Shown here in pieces: positions 17,667 to 25,716 of a stretch of DNA of 32,000 bases. Below the pieces are notes generated by a model that made no database searches, was not told where the DNA came from, and worked only from the letters and a program-made list of their open reading frames with translations. Source of the DNA: an uncultured Acidobacteriota bacterium (GTDB lineage Bacteria; Acidobacteriota; Blastocatellia; Pyrinomonadales; Pyrinomonadaceae); assembly GCA_963789185.1 (NCBI GenBank), contig CAWBJU010000022.1:181853-213852 (forward strand). Direction: 5' to 3'. A program made the translations under genes and the position numbers. The number at the start of each line of letters is the position of its first letter. Position 1 is the first letter of the stretch.

Positions 17667-18124
17667 TCGATCGCTTTAACTACGGATTCGAAAATCTTCA
17701 TGTACCCGGTGCAGCGACACAAATTACCCGCGAGCGCGGTGCGAATGTCTGCCTCCGTCGGTTTTGGATTCCGTTCGAGCAGATCGACCGCGGCGAGGAC
17801 CATTCCGGGCGTGCAGATCCCGCATTGCGCTCCACCATGTTCGATAAATGCCTGTTGGACCACGTGAAGTTCTGCCTCTCCGGCAACACCCTCGATCGTT
17901 GTGATCTCGCTGCCATCAACCTGGGCCACCGGAACCAGACAACTATTAACAATCCGGCCGTCGATGTTCACCGTGCACGCGCCACACTCGCCCTCGCCAC
18001 AACCCTCCTTCGTCCCCGTGAGCTGCAACTGCTCGCGCAACACGTCGAGAAGCCGCGCCATTGGAAACACTTCCACGCGGTGTTGCCGGCCGTTAACCTT
18101 GAACGAGACTTCGCTCTTGTTCAT
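17663..18124 (-). CDS. Xanthine dehydrogenase family [2Fe-2S] subunit (CoxS-like)
   Basis: 153 aa with two cluster motifs, CGEGECGACTV and CGICTPG...CRCTGY. Confidence 0.9.
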   Translation of the reverse strand: MNKSEVSFKVNGRQHRVEVFPMARLLDVLREQLQLTGTKEGCGEGECGACTVNIDGRIVNSCLVPVAQVDGSEITTIEGVAGEAELHVVQQAFIEHGGAQCGICTPGMVLAAVDLLERNPKPTEADIRTALAGNLCRCTGYMKIFESVVKAIE

Positions 18125-20345
18125 GTCGTTCCATCAATAATTCGGGCATGAGCGGGACGTGAGTAAAACTCGTGCCGGTGGCGTTTTCGATCGCGTTCAG
18201 GATTGCCGGAGCCGCGCCATCCATCGGTAACTCGCCGATTCCTTTTGCCCCACCTGGTCCATAGGCGTACGGATTCTCTTCGAAGAAGACGCGAATCGGA
18301 GGAATGTCGACCGGCGTCGGAATGATGTAGTTCGTCATCTGGTTGTTGATCATGCGGCCGTCTTTCCACACCACATTTTCAAACAACGTGAACCCGATCG
18401 CCTGCGCCACGCCACCTTCGATCTGTCCGGCCGCGAGCACCGGATTGAGTACACGCCCGACTTCCTGCAACGCAACAAAATCTTCGACTCGCGCCTCGTA
18501 AGTCAGCTCGTCGTACGAAACTTCAGCAACGTAAACAGCCCATGCGTATGCACCATACGCGTCGCCCTGGTACTTATCGTCGTCCCAGTAAATGTTCGGC
18601 GGTGGTTGATAAGTGGCCGACGCTTTCAATGGACCAAACCGCGTCACGTAGTCGCGACATGCGGCGCGAAAGTTTGAAGCTGTGTAACCGTCGGCGAGTA
18701 ACCCGGCGCCGATCAACGTCTGCTTCAACGCTGTGACGGCAGACTCCACCAGTTTGCCGACAACCATCGACGTGCGCGACGCGACCGTCGGTCCACTATT
18801 TGGCACGCGTCCGGTGTCAGGCTGGACAATCTCGATCATGTCGACATCGACGCCAAGAGCTTCGGATGCGATCTGCGAAAAAATCGTGTTTGTTCCCTGC
18901 CCGATCTCGGTGCTCGCAGCGAGTATTTGGACCTGTCCGTCGATCGTTGCCTCAGCGGAGACGACCGACTGCAAATAAACTTCGCCGGATCCGGTGAACC
19001 CTGCGCCGTGCATGAACGTTGCGAAACCGATGCCGCGCTTTTTGCTGAATGGCCCGTGACCGTTACGCGAGTTTTCACGCGTGAACCGTTCGCGTTTCGC
19101 CTCGTAGTCGCTGAGCTGAAGCGCGCGATCCAACAACCCATTCATGTCGACGCGTTCGTGAATTACCTGACTCGTCGCGGTTGTTTCACCTTCGCGAATG
19201 AAGTTGCGACGGCGAAACTCTTCCGGCGTTAAACCAACTGCGCGAGCGACCTGATCCATGTGACGCTCCTGCGCGAAGATGCTTTGCGGCGCGCCGAAAC
19301 CTCGGAACGCACCGTGCGGCGGGACGTTCGTCGCAACTGCACGGCTGTGAATCCTGACATTCGGGCAGAAGTATGGACCGGCAGCGTGAATCGTTCCGCG
19401 CGACAGCACCACGGGCGACAGCGTGCAGTAAGCGCCGCCGTCGATCGTGAAGTCGATCTCCATCGCGAGCAGCTTGCCGTCTTTCGACACGGCGGTCTTG
19501 TGACGTGTGCGCGAAGGATGTCGTTTGGTCGTGGCTACCATGTCTTCGGCGCGGTCGTAAATGATCTTCACTGGTTTGCCAGACTTCCACGACAGCAACG
19601 CGGCGTGTCCGGCGATCAGCGACGGATACTCTTCCTTCCCACCAAAACCGCCGCCTGTTTCCGTTTGAATGATGCGAATTTTCTCTTCCGGCAGGTCGAA
19701 TAACTTCACGAGCGCTTTGTGCACGTAGTAAGGACACTGCATCGATCCCCAAACAGTTACGCCTTCTGCCGGGCTCGCAACTGCAATCGCGCCATTGTTT
19801 TCGATGTAGAGTTGTTCCTGAGCGCCCGTTTCGTACTCGCCTTCGACGATGAAGTCCGCGGTGGCCCACGCTTCGTCGACGTTCCCTTTGTCAACGAGAA
19901 ACTTTTTGAAGACGTTGTCCTCGCCCCAGACGATCTCTTTCTTCGCGAGCGACTCCGCGAGCGTAAACACGGCGGGCTGATCTTCGATCTCGATCACGAT
20001 GTTCCGCCGCGCTTCTTCGACGAGGTATTTGTCGCGGTGTGCGATCAGCAGCACGGGTTCTTCGGCGTGGTTGACGAAGCCATCGGCGAGGTATGGCTGA
20101 TCGTTCAGAATTAGCGCGACGTAGTTCGCGCCGGGAACGTCTTTAGCAGTGACGACGGTGAACTCGTCCCAGGGAATGTTGCCGCCGAAGTTGATGTTTG
20201 TAATTCGCCCGCGTGGCTTTGGACTGCGAATCGTCGCCCCGTGCAGCATGTCCGGAAACGACAGATCGTCGATATACAACGCCTGCCCAGTAACCTTCTT
20301 GCGTCCCTCTTTTCGAGGAACAGACTTGCCGATGGGGTTATCCAT
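18093..20345 (-). CDS. Xanthine dehydrogenase molybdopterin-binding subunit
   Basis: 750 aa with XDH-type motifs TETGGGFGGKEEY, FRGFGAPQ and GAKGIGELP. Its 3' end overlaps the Fe-S subunit gene by 32 nt. Confidence 0.9.
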   Translation of the reverse strand: MDNPIGKSVPRKEGRKKVTGQALYIDDLSFPDMLHGATIRSPKPRGRITNINFGGNIPWDEFTVVTAKDVPGANYVALILNDQPYLADGFVNHAEEPVLLIAHRDKYLVEEARRNIVIEIEDQPAVFTLAESLAKKEIVWGEDNVFKKFLVDKGNVDEAWATADFIVEGEYETGAQEQLYIENNGAIAVASPAEGVTVWGSMQCPYYVHKALVKLFDLPEEKIRIIQTETGGGFGGKEEYPSLIAGHAALLSWKSGKPVKIIYDRAEDMVATTKRHPSRTRHKTAVSKDGKLLAMEIDFTIDGGAYCTLSPVVLSRGTIHAAGPYFCPNVRIHSRAVATNVPPHGAFRGFGAPQSIFAQERHMDQVARAVGLTPEEFRRRNFIREGETTATSQVIHERVDMNGLLDRALQLSDYEAKRERFTRENSRNGHGPFSKKRGIGFATFMHGAGFTGSGEVYLQSVVSAEATIDGQVQILAASTEIGQGTNTIFSQIASEALGVDVDMIEIVQPDTGRVPNSGPTVASRTSMVVGKLVESAVTALKQTLIGAGLLADGYTASNFRAACRDYVTRFGPLKASATYQPPPNIYWDDDKYQGDAYGAYAWAVYVAEVSYDELTYEARVEDFVALQEVGRVLNPVLAAGQIEGGVAQAIGFTLFENVVWKDGRMINNQMTNYIIPTPVDIPPIRVFFEENPYAYGPGGAKGIGELPMDGAAPAILNAIENATGTSFTHVPLMPELLMERHEQERSLVQG

Positions 20346-20375
20346 GCCTTTTGTGTTTTTTTGTGCCTCTTGTGG
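20346..20375. repeat. Solo copy of the CTYTTGTGC repeat array, filling a whole intergenic spacer
   Basis: GCCTTTTGTG TTTTTTTGTGC CTCTTGTGG lies between the xdh Mo-subunit ATG (20343-20345) and the WD40-caspase stop (20376-20378). It has the same orientation as the 13029-13061 array. Confidence 0.7.
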
Positions 20376-23300
20376 CTAGGGCTTTGCGATTACGAGTGGA
20401 TTTGCTTCCAACTCGCGGCGATAGAATACACGCGGGCGCTGCACACTTCGCTGCTGTGGATCGGCGACGTCCGCTTCGCCTTCAGTGAACGCGATCTGGA
20501 TACCAAGCCCACGGCCTTGCGCCATCTTTTCTTCCTGCATGCGCGGCACACGATCAGTCGCGAAGTTGAGCCACTCGCGCGCGATCAGCACACCGTCCTT
20601 CGGTTCCGCGTCGGCGATCGGCGTTTTCAGTCCTTCTTCAACGAGGGCGTACGTCAGGTACCCGTGGCCCAACTGCGCCGCTTCGAGTGCAGCCTGAAAA
20701 CTCTGCGCGGCCGTAAGGATATACATTCCCTTTTCGTACGCGAGTTGCGCGAGCCCTTTTGAATTCATTGGACCACGACGCTTTTCCTCAGCTTCGAGCG
20801 CTTGTCCTGAATTGCACGCGTCGATGATCAGCAGAAGATGACCCGCATCCAAACCCTCAACGGCCGCTTCCAGTTCGACGTCTGAAATGCTATGCGAAAG
20901 CATCGTGTTCAAACCTGCTTCCGTCAATTTCGTTCGGTCGCCGGTGTAGCCGAGATCGTGTGGAATCAGATAGAAGCGTTGTGCCTGCGCAGTACCGTGT
21001 CCCGCGTAGTAAATGATCACCGTGTCTTCAGGCTCGACGCGTTTGAGCCCATCGCCGGGACCAGCTTTAAGCGTCGGTGGTCCAGGCTGGCCGGTGAGTC
21101 GCTTGATAACTGAAAGGATGTTGTCCTTCGTGGCGTTTGCGTCGAGTAGTTCGATAACTTCGACGCGCTCAAACGATCCGATTTGCGTTTGCTTGCGACG
21201 CATCTCGTCGCCGAAGCTGCGCGCATCCGCGACCGCGTACTTCAGATTGTACTGAGAGTTCGCGTATTCATTTACTCCGACGGCAATGATGTACGCCGTG
21301 CCTTTGCGTTTCAGCGTGTCGGCGCCGGCAAACACGAGCGGCGAATCCTTGCTCTTAACGTTGTCGCGATTGAAAGCATAGGCCACGAGCCGATTCGGTC
21401 CGGCAGTGACTGTGATCTCGTGCTCCACCGACACCGCGGCCTGTCCGTTCAGCACGTCGCCGCGCCATACCTTTACTAATGATCCATTCCGAAACAGGCG
21501 TAGATCGCGCGCGCCGCTTCCTTTCGGATTGTCCTTGTCAGCGGGCGCGTCGGTGACGTCGATCTTCACCTTGATCGTGCGCGCCGCAATACCGGATTCA
21601 GGCGCCGGGGGTCCAACAAGCGACAACTTCACCACCGGTTGTCGTCGATCTTTCTTCGAAACATCCTGCGCGACACGCGGGCGTTTTCCGTTAAAGACGT
21701 CAGCCAGCAGACCCGGATAGTAAAACTCGTTGAAGAACCACTCGATCGGTGCGACGTTGAAAGTCTCCTGGTTGTAGCGCCAGAGGATCTGGTTCCAGGA
21801 AACAGGCGTACCGTCAAACAAACCTTGCGGCGTGACGACCATCCACTCACTACCATCGTCGAGCGAGATCATCGTCAATAGGTGTTCGCCGCTCTTGCTG
21901 TCCCACAGAAACGTACTGCCATCGTCGCTTGATGACGCGAGCAATCGTCCATCAGGAGTGAAGTCGATCGACTGAATACTCGAAGTATGGCCCGTCAACG
22001 TGCGTAGGTCACGACGATTCTCGACGTCCCAAATCTTGATCGTGTTGTCAGACGCAGCGGTGGCAAGCAACTTTCCATCGCGACTGAAGACGAGCTTGGT
22101 AACGCCGCGCCCGTGTGCTTTCAGCACACCAATCTCACGGCCGCTCCCGACGTCCCAAAGTTTCACCTGGCCCGTCGTCTCAACTTTGAAGTCCTTCATC
22201 ATGTCGTCCGGGTCGAGCTGCTTTGAACCTTTCGAACCCTTTTGCGGACGTCCGCTCATCGCGGCGCTCATCATTGCGGTGAAATCGATGTTTGCCTTCG
22301 ACTCGAAGCCGCCGGTTGCGAGGATGCGTCCATCGACGCTAAAGGCGAGTGACTTCTCGCCCATCGTTCCGGACGAAACCATTCCGAGGGAGTTATTCAT
22401 CATAGCCGTGAGGTCGGCCATGTTTAGCATCGCGGGCATTTTGCCGGCTTTGATACTGCTCGGATCGATGGGTTTCATCAAGCCAGCCATCGGCGACGAG
22501 GTCAGATCGCGCACCTTGTTACCTGTCTGCGCGTCCCACAGCGAGATTTGGCCCATGTTTCCGATCGTGCCGATGGTCCGGCTGTCGCGACTGAATTCTG
22601 CTTCACTCGGATTGTCGGCCGAGATGGACCGTAGTTCTCGGCCTGTTTTTACGTCCCAAATTTTTATCTCGCCGGACAGTCCCCCGATCGTGGGTTGTTG
22701 TTTTGTATAGTCCGGAAAATAGATGACGACAAGTTTCGTCGAGTCAGGACTGAAGCGAACGCGTTGGACCATGTTATTTGCGGGCGGCGTCAGCGCGTGT
22801 ACCTGGTTCCCACTCGAAGTCTCCACGACCGACACCATACCGGTGTTTAAATTCATCAACGCCAACCAGCGCCCATCCGGACTCGTAGTGCCAAAGCCTT
22901 TTTCAAGCGGCTTTGCCGTGAGCCGCAGGCCACGTCCCGTGCGCAAGTCCCAACGCGTGCGGTCACCTGAATACAGATGCATTCCATCAGCGCTGAACGA
23001 AACATTGCCGGCCATGTTGGTCCGACCGCTCAGCTTGTTGAGTTGTTTACCGGTTTCGGTTTCCCAAACGATCGTGTCGGTATCGAAGCCGCCGGTGGCA
23101 ATGCGCTTTCCGTCTTCGCTGAAACCGACATAAGCATCGCCGTATGTACTCATCCCGGTGGTTGGTGCTTTCAAACTCGACAGCTCGCGTAGCGAAGTCA
23201 CATCCCAAATGCGAATGTTGTAGTTGTCAGACAAAGCAAGCAGCCGGCCGTCGTTGCTAAATTTGGCGACGCTGTAGTCTTTCGTCGTGCGTGTTAGTTC

Positions 23301-24173
23301 CTGGTCCTTTTTCGCGGTGAGGTCCCAAAGTTTGAAACGGCGCTCATCATTGACACCTGCGGCCAGCAGGCGCCTATCGGCCGTGAAGGCTAGTTGTAAG
23401 GTGTTGATTCGATCGTCAGATAGCTTGAAGCGTCGACTTTCACGGCCGCTCGTGACATCGATCAACTTCACGTGCGGTTCGGGATCGTCGCCGAGCAAGG
23501 CTAGCTGGTTGCCGTCAGGCGAAAGGGCCACCCCGCCGTCCGTGCCGTTGAATCCGACCACAGTGGGAGTCGAGTTGCTGTGCAGTGTGCGCAGTTCGCG
23601 ACCGGTTGTGATATCCCAAACACGCGCTGCGTCGCTGACTGTGACAATCTGATTATTAGAAGCGAAACCTATGAAGTAGACACCGAACGCGGCAGTGACG
23701 ACACCTTGTGGACCAGCCAGAGTTTGTACTTCGCGTCCGGTCAGTACCTCCCAAATCTTCACCGAGTTGTCAGCAGTGGCAGTCGCGATCAAACGATTGT
23801 CACGACTGAACGCTACATAGGGAGCGATGCCCGGTGCGTTCTGTCCGCTACTGGAAATGTCGCGCAGCTTGCGACCGGTGGCAGTCTCCCACAGCTTGAT
23901 CGTGTTGCTGCGCAAGGTTGCTGTAGCGAGCAGTCGTCCGTCAGGACTGAACACAAGACGCGTCGCGCCGATGATGCTGTTGTAGCCGGTTTGCAGCACG
24001 AGCTCGGGTTTTGCTTCTCTCGGTTGCTGCCCAGCTTGTGACGTGGATGTTGACGTCGCGCTTTGAATACCAAGACCACGCTGATCGACGGGCGTCGGGC
24101 TCGGCGCGGGATTCTGGGCCTGCACCACGAATGCACTCGACACGATTGCGATTAGTAGAACGATGTTTCTCAT
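20376..24173 (-). CDS. Exported WD40 (about 14 blades) plus C-terminal caspase/peptidase C14 domain protein
   Basis: 1265 aa with the signal peptide MRNIVLLIAIVSSAFVVQA|Q. Fourteen WD-like blade motifs are visible (IKLWE, VKIWE, FKLWD, IRIWD, IKIWD...). The caspase dyad motifs are VIIYYAGHG (His1059, nt 20997-20999) and LLLIIDACNSG (Cys1120, nt 20814-20816). Confidence 0.85.
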   Translation of the reverse strand: MRNIVLLIAIVSSAFVVQAQNPAPSPTPVDQRGLGIQSATSTSTSQAGQQPREAKPELVLQTGYNSIIGATRLVFSPDGRLLATATLRSNTIKLWETATGRKLRDISSSGQNAPGIAPYVAFSRDNRLIATATADNSVKIWEVLTGREVQTLAGPQGVVTAAFGVYFIGFASNNQIVTVSDAARVWDITTGRELRTLHSNSTPTVVGFNGTDGGVALSPDGNQLALLGDDPEPHVKLIDVTSGRESRRFKLSDDRINTLQLAFTADRRLLAAGVNDERRFKLWDLTAKKDQELTRTTKDYSVAKFSNDGRLLALSDNYNIRIWDVTSLRELSSLKAPTTGMSTYGDAYVGFSEDGKRIATGGFDTDTIVWETETGKQLNKLSGRTNMAGNVSFSADGMHLYSGDRTRWDLRTGRGLRLTAKPLEKGFGTTSPDGRWLALMNLNTGMVSVVETSSGNQVHALTPPANNMVQRVRFSPDSTKLVVIYFPDYTKQQPTIGGLSGEIKIWDVKTGRELRSISADNPSEAEFSRDSRTIGTIGNMGQISLWDAQTGNKVRDLTSSPMAGLMKPIDPSSIKAGKMPAMLNMADLTAMMNNSLGMVSSGTMGEKSLAFSVDGRILATGGFESKANIDFTAMMSAAMSGRPQKGSKGSKQLDPDDMMKDFKVETTGQVKLWDVGSGREIGVLKAHGRGVTKLVFSRDGKLLATAASDNTIKIWDVENRRDLRTLTGHTSSIQSIDFTPDGRLLASSSDDGSTFLWDSKSGEHLLTMISLDDGSEWMVVTPQGLFDGTPVSWNQILWRYNQETFNVAPIEWFFNEFYYPGLLADVFNGKRPRVAQDVSKKDRRQPVVKLSLVGPPAPESGIAARTIKVKIDVTDAPADKDNPKGSGARDLRLFRNGSLVKVWRGDVLNGQAAVSVEHEITVTAGPNRLVAYAFNRDNVKSKDSPLVFAGADTLKRKGTAYIIAVGVNEYANSQYNLKYAVADARSFGDEMRRKQTQIGSFERVEVIELLDANATKDNILSVIKRLTGQPGPPTLKAGPGDGLKRVEPEDTVIIYYAGHGTAQAQRFYLIPHDLGYTGDRTKLTEAGLNTMLSHSISDVELEAAVEGLDAGHLLLIIDACNSGQALEAEEKRRGPMNSKGLAQLAYEKGMYILTAAQSFQAALEAAQLGHGYLTYALVEEGLKTPIADAEPKDGVLIAREWLNFATDRVPRMQEEKMAQGRGLGIQIAFTEGEADVADPQQRSVQRPRVFYRRELEANPLVIAKP

Positions 24174-25477
24174 AAACTGTCTGCCAACGCCGAATGCTCG
24201 AGCACTAACAACCCGACAGCAATCAGCGCCAAAACGTACATTACTGGATGAATATCTCTCCTGCGGCCGACAACCAGATAAAGGCCAACGTGCGCAATGA
24301 AGCCCCAGAGTATTCCCTGGGTGATCGAAAAGGTCAGGGGGATGAGGATTATAGTCAAAAACGCCGGAAGACCTTCCTCCATTTTGACGAAGTTTATGGC
24401 AGCAACGCTTTTAAACATTGCGGCGCCGACCAGCACCAGGACGGGCGCAGTTGCGTAAGCAGGCACCATGCCCGCGAGCGGCGCGAGAAAGAAGCACGGG
24501 AGAAAACAAAGCGCCGTGAAAACGGCGGTTAGTCCGGTGCGGCCGCCGACGTTAATCCCCGCGATGCTTTCGATGTACGCGGTGCCTGACGACGTGCCCG
24601 CCAGTCCGGCGCCGAAGGTCGCGACCGAATCGACAATCAATCCCTGGCGTAGATTCTTCGGATTTCCCTCTTCGTCGAGTAGACCGCTGGCGTGTGAGAC
24701 ACCCATAAATGTGGAGATCGAGTCGAAGAGGTCGGTGAAGAGAATGGCGACGATCGCTGGTAGCAACGAAAGTTTCAGCGCACCGAGGATGTCGAGTTTG
24801 AGAAAGACGGTCTGGAAATCGGGATAGCTGAAGAGTTGAGGCGGCGCCGTGATGTGACCGCGCAGTAGAAAGAGTACAGTGACGACGAAGATTCCAGCGA
24901 GATACGCGAGCGAGCTGCCGCGAATGATCAGGAATACGATGACCGCCATTCCGATGACGGCGATCAGTGTTTTTTCGTCGAGCTTACCGAGTTTGACGAG
25001 GGTGACCGGGTCGCCTGTGATCAGTCCCGCGTTCTTGAGACCGATGAACGTCAGAAAAATTCCGATACCGGCTGCGGTGCCGATGCGGAGTTCTGACGGG
25101 ATCGCCTTTGCGATCGTTTCGCGGATCGGGGTTATTGAGATCAAAAGGAAAAGAACGCCTGCCCAGAAAACGATACCGAGTGCTGTTTGCCACCAGACGC
25201 CCTGCGTCAGGATGATCGTGAAGGTGAAGAATGCGTTGATGCCCATGCCGGGTGCGACGCCGAAGGGGAGTTTGGCGTAGAGGCCCATCAGCAGTGTCAT
25301 CGTGAAACAGAGGAGGACGGTGGCGGTTAGTGCGCCGCTGAATGCGATGCCTGTTCCCGGGGTTGAGAGGATCGACGGGTTTACGACCACGATGTAGGCC
25401 ATCGTGAAGAAGGTGGTGACGCCGGCGATTGCTTCTGTGCGGATGTTTACGGGAGTGGGGGCTGCCGGGGTCGTCAT
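24170..25477 (-). CDS. NCS2/AzgA-type purine permease (adenine/guanine/hypoxanthine class)
   Basis: 435 aa and polytopic, with the N-terminal signature IRTEAIAGVTTFFTMAYIVVVNPSIL. The stop overlaps the next gene's ATG (ATGA at 24170-24173). Confidence 0.9.
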   Translation of the reverse strand: MTTPAAPTPVNIRTEAIAGVTTFFTMAYIVVVNPSILSTPGTGIAFSGALTATVLLCFTMTLLMGLYAKLPFGVAPGMGINAFFTFTIILTQGVWWQTALGIVFWAGVLFLLISITPIRETIAKAIPSELRIGTAAGIGIFLTFIGLKNAGLITGDPVTLVKLGKLDEKTLIAVIGMAVIVFLIIRGSSLAYLAGIFVVTVLFLLRGHITAPPQLFSYPDFQTVFLKLDILGALKLSLLPAIVAILFTDLFDSISTFMGVSHASGLLDEEGNPKNLRQGLIVDSVATFGAGLAGTSSGTAYIESIAGINVGGRTGLTAVFTALCFLPCFFLAPLAGMVPAYATAPVLVLVGAAMFKSVAAINFVKMEEGLPAFLTIILIPLTFSITQGILWGFIAHVGLYLVVGRRRDIHPVMYVLALIAVGLLVLEHSALADSL

Positions 25478-25504
25478 CAGCGGGAGAGATTAACAGACTT
25501 TTCG

Positions 25505-25599
25505 GTGTCTTTCCCGCTTTGTACATGCGTTTCCCGCTTGCGTGAGTTCAATAGAAAGGGGTTTTGGAAAATCCTTTCTACATGTGTCTCACGCTTGCG
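25505..25599 (-). promoter_or_regulatory. Candidate operator/promoter region of the purine operon: 21-nt direct repeats flanking an 8-bp-stem palindrome
   Basis: TACATGCGTTTCCCGCTTGCG (25522-25542) and TACATGTGTCTCACGCTTGCG (25579-25599) match at 18 of 21 positions and start 57 nt apart. A third partial copy shares TTTCCCGCTT (25510-25519). The palindrome is TAGAAAGG (25552-25559) / CCTTTCTA (25573-25580). The region lies between a terminator and the permease ATG. Confidence 0.35.
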
Positions 25600-25609
25600 C
25601 AACGTCAGT

Positions 25610-25652
25610 AAAACAACAACCCGGAGCCACTGGCGACTCCGGGCCGTTGTTT
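25610..25652 (-). terminator. Rho-independent terminator of the small secreted-protein gene
   Basis: The minus strand reads CCCGGAG UCGCCAGUGG CUCCGGG followed by UUGUUGUUUU. The stem arms are 25620-25626 and 25637-25643. Confidence 0.6.
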
Positions 25653-25716
25653 GTTCAGCCTGCAAGGAGTTCCCCAACTTCTGCCGGCCGATTCCCTTGT
25701 TCGATCCCTATGTGTT

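Noticed and set aside
19186-19869. 227-aa same-strand alternative-frame ORF inside the xdh Mo subunit gene
   Set aside because: Its extreme Arg content is typical of an off-frame translation. The annotated frame has the XDH signature motifs.
22000-22710. 236-aa ORF antisense to the WD40 region
   Set aside because: It is a shadow ORF. The minus-strand frame has regular WD40 blade periodicity, and the antisense product is low-complexity Ser/Pro/Arg.
25478-25610. Possible purine riboswitch upstream of the purine permease
   Set aside because: I looked on the minus strand for the conserved UAUAAUC...GGCCC...GUUUCUACC...CCGUAAAU core and found nothing resembling it. A covariance-model scan would be decisive.
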